NCBI RefSeq assembly: GCF_000284115.1
Contig: NC_017080.1
Location: 1,890,001-1,922,000 of the forward strand
Direction: 5' to 3'
Length of the DNA: 32,000 nucleotides
From: Phycisphaera mikurensis NBRC 102666
GTDB taxonomy: Bacteria; Planctomycetota; Phycisphaerae; Phycisphaerales; Phycisphaeraceae
The notes beneath the pieces are model-generated. The model ran no database searches. It was not told where the DNA came from and saw only the letters and a program-made list of their open reading frames with translations. How positions within the stretch are numbered: position 1 is the stretch's first letter; every line of letters begins with the position of its first letter. Positions 26,071 through 32,000 of the stretch are shown here, in pieces. The position numbers were made by a program, and so were the translations under genes.

Positions 26071-27090
26071 GTGGCCGTGACGCTCAAGGACATCGCGTTG
26101 CGGGCCGGTGTCAGCCAGGCGACGGTCTCGATCGCGCTCGGCAGCAGCGGGCGCATCTCCGGGGCCACGCGGGAGCGGATCCTCTCGATCGCCAGCGAGC
26201 TCGGCTACCGGCGGAACCTGCTCGTGCACGGCATGCAGACCGGCCGAACGAAGTCGATCGGGCTGCTGATGAGCTTCTGCGGCCGCTTCGAAGCCGGGCT
26301 CTTCGAGGGGATCTCCGGAGCCCTCGATGCGGCGGAGTGCGTGCCCTTCGTGCTGCGGCCCTCGCGGGACGTGCCGGTGCTCGGGCAGATCCACGCCCTG
26401 CTCGACCGCCGGGTCGACGGCATCCTCATGCGGCCGACCGGGGAGGCCCGCTGGGAGCGGCACCTGCACGAGGCGCTCGACCGGCACGTGCCCGTGGTGT
26501 CGATCGACGTGGAGACGCAGGCGGACGCGCCGCAGGTCGACTTCGTCGGCACCGACGACGCGGCGGGTGCCGCGATCGCCGCGGAGACGCTGTTCGGAGC
26601 GGGCCACCGGCGGCTGGCCTGCATCAGCACCGGCGACTTCCCGACGCCGATGTTCATCCGGCGGAAGGCCTTCGAGGCGGCGGTGGAGAAGGAGAAGAAC
26701 GCGACGTGCCACGCGGTCCACCAGCCCTGGGAGGACGGCATCGACGGCTACGCGGCGGCGAACGAGGTGTTCTCGCAGTCGCCGCGGCCGACCGCCGTCT
26801 TCGTGACGATGGACGCGCTCGCCCGCGGCGTGTACCGGGCGGCGGCGGAGCGTCGCCTGCGGATCCCGGAGGACGTCTCGGTGATCGGCTTCGCCGACGA
26901 GCTCATCGCCGGGCTGCTGCAGCCGCCGCTGACGACGCTCAAGCAACGCCCCGTGGACATCGGCCGGATCGGGGCGGAGCGGCTGCTCGCCCGGATCGAC
27001 GAGGCGGACGCGCACGGCGAGCGGAGGCGGGTGCTGATCCAGCCGGAGCTCGTGGAGCGGGCTTCGCTCGGCCAGCCGCCGAAGCTCTGA
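26071..27090 (+). CDS. LacI-family transcriptional regulator
   Basis: GTG start; VTLKDIALRAGVSQATVSIALGSSGRISGATRERILSIASELGYRRN HTH, then periplasmic-binding-like domain with VSVIGFADELIAGLLQPPLTTLKQ. Confidence 0.95.
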   Translation: MAVTLKDIALRAGVSQATVSIALGSSGRISGATRERILSIASELGYRRNLLVHGMQTGRTKSIGLLMSFCGRFEAGLFEGISGALDAAECVPFVLRPSRDVPVLGQIHALLDRRVDGILMRPTGEARWERHLHEALDRHVPVVSIDVETQADAPQVDFVGTDDAAGAAIAAETLFGAGHRRLACISTGDFPTPMFIRRKAFEAAVEKEKNATCHAVHQPWEDGIDGYAAANEVFSQSPRPTAVFVTMDALARGVYRAAAERRLRIPEDVSVIGFADELIAGLLQPPLTTLKQRPVDIGRIGAERLLARIDEADAHGERRRVLIQPELVERASLGQPPKL

Positions 27091-27165
27091 GCCGAGGCCG
27101 CTGTGGAACGGGGATCCGCAGGCCTCCCGGCGCCGGGTGCTCGCCGGGTTCCGGGACCGGCCGCG

Positions 27166-29667
27166 CTACAGCGCGTTGTCGACGGCGCCCGCGACGGAGC
27201 GGCCGCACGCGTCGGCCCCGGCCTCGGCGGGCGGGAGGCGGCGCGGGACCGGCGCGGGGGTCGTTCGGACGACCAGCTCGGCTGGCTCGAGGTTCGGCGC
27301 GGTGGCGGTGATCCGCACCGTCCCGGCGGTGTCGCCGGCGCCGACCAGCAGCTGCGCGAGCCCGTGGAACAGACGCCGGGTCGACGCGCGGTCGGGTTCG
27401 TGGCTGCACGGGTCGCCGTTGCCCACGCCGAGGATCCGGGCATCGCCCTCGACCCCGAACGCGACCTCGGCGTCGGCGGTGGGCACGCGCCGGCCCTGCG
27501 CGTCGAGGGCGCCGACGGTGACCGGGAGGACGTCGCCGCCGTCCGCGGCGAGGGCGGATCGGTCGGCCTCGAGGAAGAGCGCCGCCGCCGGGCCGGTCGT
27601 CTCGATCGCCGCGGTTGCGACCTCGTCTCCCGCCGCGTCGAAGGCGCTGGCCTCGAGCCGGCCCGCCGCGTACGGCACGCTCCACGCGGCGTGGCCGTTG
27701 CGCGGGACCTCCCGCCGCCCCAGCGAGACGCCGTCGAGGCGGAGCTCGACGCTCGCGGCGTTCGCGTAGCACCAAACGTCGATCGGCTGGCCGTCCGACC
27801 CCGGCCAGTTCCAGTGCGGGAAGAGGTGGATCGCCGGCTCGTCGCTCCACCAGACGCGGTGGTAGTGGAAGGCGTCCTTGGCGAAGCCGCAGAGGTCCAT
27901 CAGGCCGTAGCCGGTGACGACCGCGGGCCAGCGAGCGGGGTACGTCTCGCCGCGGTAGTCGAAGCCGGTCCACAGGAAGGTGCCGGCGAGGAAGGGCCGG
28001 CCGTCGCAGTCGCTCCAGGCCTCCTCGACGCCGCAGCCCCAGGGCGTGGCAGTCTCGCCGTAGGCGCTGACGAGCCCGCGGCGTCCGGGGTTGTGCCAGC
28101 AGATGGAGTCGTCGAAGGGCACGCCCTCGGGCCGGTCGCCGTGGCGGTACACGCCCCGCCAGGAGGTGGAACCGCCGGCCTCGGTGGCGAGCAGCGGCCA
28201 GTCGGGAAACTCCGCGTGGAAGGCGTCGTACATCTCGCCGCTGACGTCCCCGTGGGACCGGCAGGTGTAGTTGGTGCCGTACACGTCGAGGCGGAAGCCG
28301 GCGGCGTCGTGCGTTTTCGCGATCTCGCCCCAGCCGCAGTTCATCGCGTACGTCACGCTCCGCGTCGGGTCCAGCGCATGACAGAGCTCCTGCATCCGCG
28401 CCAGCTGCGCCATGCCCACCGGCGTGTGCTGCACGTTCATCTCCTCGTTGCCGATGCACCAGGCGAACACGCTCGCGTGGTTGCGGTCGCGCCGGATCAG
28501 CGACTCCAGCTGCCCGAGGTGCTCGGGCGAGGCGCCGACCTGGCGGTGCTCGCTGAGCACGAGGATCCCCAGCTCGTCGCAGAGGTCCAGGAGCGCCGGA
28601 GCCGGCGGGTGGTGGGCGGTGCGGATGGCGTTGCAGCCCATCTCCAGCAGCCGGCCGAGGCGCCAGCGGTCGAGCGCAGCCGGAACCGCGACGCCGACGC
28701 CGGCGTGGTCCTGGTGGTTGCACACGCCGCGGATCTTCAGCGGCTCGCCGTTCAGAAAGAAGCCCCGCTCCGCATCGAAGCGGGTGGAGCGGACGCCGAA
28801 GGCCGTCTCCACCGCGTCGACGCGTTCCCCGCCGACCCGCACCTCGGCCACGAGGCGGTGGAGGGCCGGGTCGGCCGGGCTCCAGCGGCGGGCCGAGCCC
28901 AAGCCGAGCTCGCTCGCGAGGCTCGCGGTCCCGCGGGGGGGCAGCGTCGCGGCGGCCTCGCCGGCCGCGATCTGCACGCCCCCGGGATCCAGCACGAGGA
29001 AGCGGGCGGTCGCCTCGATCGGCTCGGCGGAAGCGTTGGCCACCCGGGCTTCGGCCCGGCAAGCGGCGGGCCCGGCGGCGGCCGCGTCGGGCGCGTCGAC
29101 GCGGGCCCAAACGCCGTCGTGGACCACCGCGACCCGGTGCGTCTTGACCAGGCGGACGGGCCGGTAGATCCCGCCGCCCTCGTACGACCACTGCTCGGGC
29201 TGGCTCGCGTCGACCCGGACCGCCACCGCGTTGGCCGCTCCGAAGCGGCAGGCCTCGGTGACGTCGAGCGCGAAGCCGAGAAAGCCCGACCGCTGGCTGC
29301 CGGCGAAGTGGCCGTTGATCCAGACCTCGCTGTCGCGGTAGATCCCCTCGAAGTGCAGGCGGATCCGGCGGTCGGCATCTTCTTCCTCCAGGCGGAAGGT
29401 CCGGCGGTACCAGCCGACGCCGGCGGGCAGCGAGCCGTGCGTCGGGTCGCTGTTCTCGTCGAAGGAGCCCTCCACGACGAAGTCGTGCGGGAGGTCCAGC
29501 CGCCGCCAGTCGCCGTCGGGGTAGCCGGGCAGCGAGACGCCCAGGTTGCCGGCCTTCATCCACTCCGCGCGGGGGTACCGCTCGGCGTGCACGCCGCCGA
29601 CGTTGCGGATGGCCAGGTCGCCGCGGTGGAAGCGCCAGCCGCGCTGCAGGTCGAAGGTTTCACGCAT
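27166..29667 (-). CDS. Glycoside hydrolase family 2 (beta-galactosidase-like), no signal peptide
   Basis: RGWRFHRGD...WRRLDLPHDFVVEGSF...GVGWYRRTFRL...GVCNHQDHAGVG...NAIRTAHHPPAPALLDLCDELGILV...FAWCIGNEEMN...PLLATEAGGSTSWRG. Confidence 0.93.
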   Translation of the reverse strand: MRETFDLQRGWRFHRGDLAIRNVGGVHAERYPRAEWMKAGNLGVSLPGYPDGDWRRLDLPHDFVVEGSFDENSDPTHGSLPAGVGWYRRTFRLEEEDADRRIRLHFEGIYRDSEVWINGHFAGSQRSGFLGFALDVTEACRFGAANAVAVRVDASQPEQWSYEGGGIYRPVRLVKTHRVAVVHDGVWARVDAPDAAAAGPAACRAEARVANASAEPIEATARFLVLDPGGVQIAAGEAAATLPPRGTASLASELGLGSARRWSPADPALHRLVAEVRVGGERVDAVETAFGVRSTRFDAERGFFLNGEPLKIRGVCNHQDHAGVGVAVPAALDRWRLGRLLEMGCNAIRTAHHPPAPALLDLCDELGILVLSEHRQVGASPEHLGQLESLIRRDRNHASVFAWCIGNEEMNVQHTPVGMAQLARMQELCHALDPTRSVTYAMNCGWGEIAKTHDAAGFRLDVYGTNYTCRSHGDVSGEMYDAFHAEFPDWPLLATEAGGSTSWRGVYRHGDRPEGVPFDDSICWHNPGRRGLVSAYGETATPWGCGVEEAWSDCDGRPFLAGTFLWTGFDYRGETYPARWPAVVTGYGLMDLCGFAKDAFHYHRVWWSDEPAIHLFPHWNWPGSDGQPIDVWCYANAASVELRLDGVSLGRREVPRNGHAAWSVPYAAGRLEASAFDAAGDEVATAAIETTGPAAALFLEADRSALAADGGDVLPVTVGALDAQGRRVPTADAEVAFGVEGDARILGVGNGDPCSHEPDRASTRRLFHGLAQLLVGAGDTAGTVRITATAPNLEPAELVVRTTPAPVPRRLPPAEAGADACGRSVAGAVDNAL

Positions 29668-30547
29668 GGTCGAGCTCCGGCGGGGCAGAGGCGGCCGGGG
29701 CGGGGTCGAGCCCGTAGAAGCGGCGGGCGGTGCCGCCGAAGATCGCGTCGGGATCCGCGGACCGCGGCAGGATTTCCTCCAAGACGTCGACGGTCCGCGG
29801 GTGCGACGCCGCGAGCAGGCACACCGGCCAGTCGCTGCCGGCCATCAGGCGGTCCGGGCCGAAGCAATCGACGGCGTGGCGCACGGCCGGGGCCAGGTCG
29901 TCGGCCGTCCAGCGGGCATGATCGGCTTCGGTCACCAGGCCCGACAGCTTCGCGTGGAGGCCCTCGCACCGCGCCGCGGCGTCGATGCCGCGTCTCCAGC
30001 CGTCCAGGTCGCCCGAGGCCAGCGGCGGCTTGGCGAGGTGGTCGATCACCATCGGCAGCCCGGGCAGCCGCTCGCACAGCTCCGGCACGAGCGGGAGGTG
30101 CTTGGTGAGGATCAGCAGGTCGAAGCGGAGGCCACGCTCCCGCAGACGCTCCAGCCCGCGGAGCACCGCCGGGCTCAGCAGCCAGCGGTCGTCGGGCTCG
30201 GCCTGGACGACGTGCCGGATGCCCCGGAGCTTCGGGCGCTCCGCGAGCTCGTCGAGCCGATCGTCCAGCGCCTCGGAGGTGAGGTCGACCCAACCGACGA
30301 CGCCGGCGATCCGCGGGTGCGCTTCGGCGAGGTCGAGGTACCAGTCCGTCTCGGCGTCGCTGTGCGTCGCCTGCACGAGCACCGAGCGGGCGAAACCGGC
30401 GGGGCCGTCGCGGCGGGCGAGCTCGGGGGCGAGGCGGGCCGGCCCGAAGTCCTCCGTCAGCGGCTCCATCCCCGGGCTGATCCAGTCCTGCGGGTTGCGG
30501 GCGTGCTCCCAGAAGTGCTGGTGGGCGTCGATGAAGGCTTCGGGCAT
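29660..30547 (-). CDS. Amidohydrolase 2 family lactonase (L-fuconolactone / L-rhamnonolactone hydrolase-like)
   Basis: MPEAFIDAHQHFWEHARNPQDWISPGMEPLTEDF...GFARSVLVQATHSDAETDWYLDLA...LPMVIDHLAKP...AKLSGLVTEAD...LMAGSDWPVCLLA. Confidence 0.88.
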   Translation of the reverse strand: MPEAFIDAHQHFWEHARNPQDWISPGMEPLTEDFGPARLAPELARRDGPAGFARSVLVQATHSDAETDWYLDLAEAHPRIAGVVGWVDLTSEALDDRLDELAERPKLRGIRHVVQAEPDDRWLLSPAVLRGLERLRERGLRFDLLILTKHLPLVPELCERLPGLPMVIDHLAKPPLASGDLDGWRRGIDAAARCEGLHAKLSGLVTEADHARWTADDLAPAVRHAVDCFGPDRLMAGSDWPVCLLAASHPRTVDVLEEILPRSADPDAIFGGTARRFYGLDPAPAASAPPELDHA

Positions 30548-31011
30548 CAGGCGGCTCCGGGGGCGGGCTGCACGACGCCGATCGTGAGCAGGATGTTCGC
30601 GAAGAGCGCCTGCTCGCCGGTGGCGATGACCAGGCAGAGATCCTCGGACATCGCCTCGCGGTTGAAGGCCGGCTTCTGCAAGGCGTCGAAGCCGCCGGTG
30701 AAGCCCGCCCGCTCGGCGAGCACGCGGCGGTAGTGCGCCCAGACCGGCGGGTCGCCGGTCATCGCGTAAGCGCCCTCGCGCTCGGGCTCCATCACCGCCA
30801 CCGCCTCGACGGGCACGGCGTCGCACACCAGCTCCAGGGCCGTGGCCCCGCCGAGCAGGCCCGGCCGGAAGTTCGCCCAGACCGTGGAGGCGGCGGGATT
30901 CCGCCGCGTGCTGTGCGGGTAGTTGCCGTCGGTGATGAGCACGCGGGCGAGGTGCCCGGCGCGGCCGAGGACGCCGAGGATCTCGGGGTGGGTGAGGGAG
31001 GTCTTGAGCAT
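30547..31011 (-). CDS. RbsD/FucU family sugar mutarotase (FucU-like)
   Basis: MLKTSLTHPEILGVLGRAGHLARVLITDGNYPHSTRR...EREGAYAMTG...FANILLTIGVV; ATGA overlap with the lactonase gene. Confidence 0.85.
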   Translation of the reverse strand: MLKTSLTHPEILGVLGRAGHLARVLITDGNYPHSTRRNPAASTVWANFRPGLLGGATALELVCDAVPVEAVAVMEPEREGAYAMTGDPPVWAHYRRVLAERAGFTGGFDALQKPAFNREAMSEDLCLVIATGEQALFANILLTIGVVQPAPGAA

Positions 31012-31039
31012 CGGGAGCCTGGGCCTTGGACCCGTGGAT

Positions 31040-32000
31040 TCAAGCGACTTCGATCATCGCCTTGATGAGGCCGGGCTGCTTCGCGAGCCCCCCGAAGCGG
31101 TCGACCACCCCGGACAGCGGCAGCCGGTGCGTGATCCACGGTGCCGTGTCGATCTCGCCGGCCTCGACCATCGCGATCGTCCGCCGGAAGGCCTCCGGCG
31201 TGGAATTGCGGCTGGCGAACAGCGTCAGCTCGCGCTTGTGGAAGTTCGTGTCGTCGAAGGTGAGATCGCCCCGGAAGAAGCCGATGAAGACGATCCGGCC
31301 GCCGTGCGCCACGAGCTCGAAGCCGGCGGCCATCGAGCCGGCGTGGCCGGTGGCGTCGAAGAGCGCGGTGGGGAGGTCGCCGCCGTTGATCTCGCGGAGC
31401 GCCGCGGCCGCGTCTCTGCCGGCGGGGTTGAGCGTGCGGGCGACCCCCAGCACGTCGCGGCAGAAGGCGAGCCGCTCGTCGCTTAGGTCCATGACGATGA
31501 CGTCCGCGCCGCGGGCGAGGAGGAACTGGATCGCCGTGAGGCCGATCGGCCCCGCACCGACGACCAGCGCCGTCTCGCCCGCCTCCACGCCCCCGCGGTC
31601 GACCGCATGGCACCCGATGGTCAGCGTCTCGATGAGGGCGAGCTGGTCGAAGCTCAGCGACGCCGAGGGGTGCAGGTTCGCCGCGGGCACGACGAAGCGC
31701 TCGCGCATCCCGCCGTCCGCGTGCACGCCCAGCACCGCGATGTTCTCGCACGCGTTGGTCCTCCCGCGGCGGCAGGCGATGCAGCGGCCGCAGGCCATCA
31801 CCGGAGCGACGCAGCAACGGCAGCCTGTGGGCAGATCCACGCCCTCGCCCGCCTCCACCACCTCCACCCCGAGCTCGTGGCCGAGGATCCGCGGGTAGGA
31901 GAAGAAGGGCTGCCGGCCGGTGAAGGCGTGCAGGTCGGTGCCGCACACCCCCAGGCGGTGCACCCGGACGAGGGCTTCGCCCGGGCCGGGCGCGGGGTCG
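31040..32000 (-). CDS. Zinc-dependent alcohol/sugar dehydrogenase (MDR superfamily), N-terminus beyond window edge
   Basis: Reading continues upstream of the ORF-track start: DPAPGPGEALVRVHRLGVCGTDLHAF...GHELGVEVVEAG...CGRCIACRRGRTNACEN...VVGAGPIGLTAIQF. Confidence 0.9.
   Translation of the reverse strand, partial: DPAPGPGEALVRVHRLGVCGTDLHAFTGRQPFFSYPRILGHELGVEVVEAGEGVDLPTGCRCCVAPVMACGRCIACRRGRTNACENIAVLGVHADGGMRERFVVPAANLHPSASLSFDQLALIETLTIGCHAVDRGGVEAGETALVVGAGPIGLTAIQFLLARGADVIVMDLSDERLAFCRDVLGVARTLNPAGRDAAAALREINGGDLPTALFDATGHAGSMAAGFELVAHGGRIVFIGFFRGDLTFDDTNFHKRELTLFASRNSTPEAFRRTIAMVEAGEIDTAPWITHRLPLSGVVDRFGGLAKQPGLIKAMIEVA

Noticed and set aside
25867-27015. Upstream part of the 653-aa minus-strand ORF extending the second prepilin gene
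   Set aside because: Antisense to the LacI gene; the prepilin leader [22 protein letters not shown] starts at 25866.
27103-30108. 1001-aa plus-strand and 874-aa minus-strand ORFs over the GH2 gene
   Set aside because: Shadow frames of the clear GH2 coding sequence.
26071-31963. Prophage or mobile island at the right edge
   Set aside because: No integrase, transposase, tRNA or direct-repeat boundary, and GC looks continuous with the rest of the window.

Overview
High-GC (about 72% by eye) chromosomal window with dense coding. The gene content suggests a Planctomycetes/Phycisphaerae-type marine bacterium: H-X9-DG-like prepilins, a PEP-CTERM secreted glycoside hydrolase, a PVC-type small basic protein and kdsA. 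No rRNA, tRNA, CRISPR array, phage or transposase genes were recognised. Core genes: kdsA, gatC-gatA, rpsF / ssb / rplI (no rpsR between them), acpS, bioB, cysS, infC. Accessory content: an M14 carboxypeptidase (cut at the left edge), a VWA membrane protein coupled to an 850-aa low-complexity membrane protein, an orphan membrane-anchored family-5 solute-binding protein, a PEP-CTERM glycoside hydrolase resembling GH86 agarase/porphyranase, and at the right edge a LacI regulator convergent with a tightly packed Zn-dehydrogenase / FucU-RbsD / fuconolactonase-like amidohydrolase / GH2 operon. The non-coding parts are the most unusual: several long perfect inverted repeats without U-tracts (up to 16 bp), and a nested structure at 18579-18656 whose 22-bp outer arm pairs completely only as + strand RNA (4 G.U wobbles), built from an 8-bp purine-rich satellite array. 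I did not find a clearly new defence-type system. The best candidates for new biology are the nested repeat/RNA element and the L-sugar/algal-glycan catabolic cluster.
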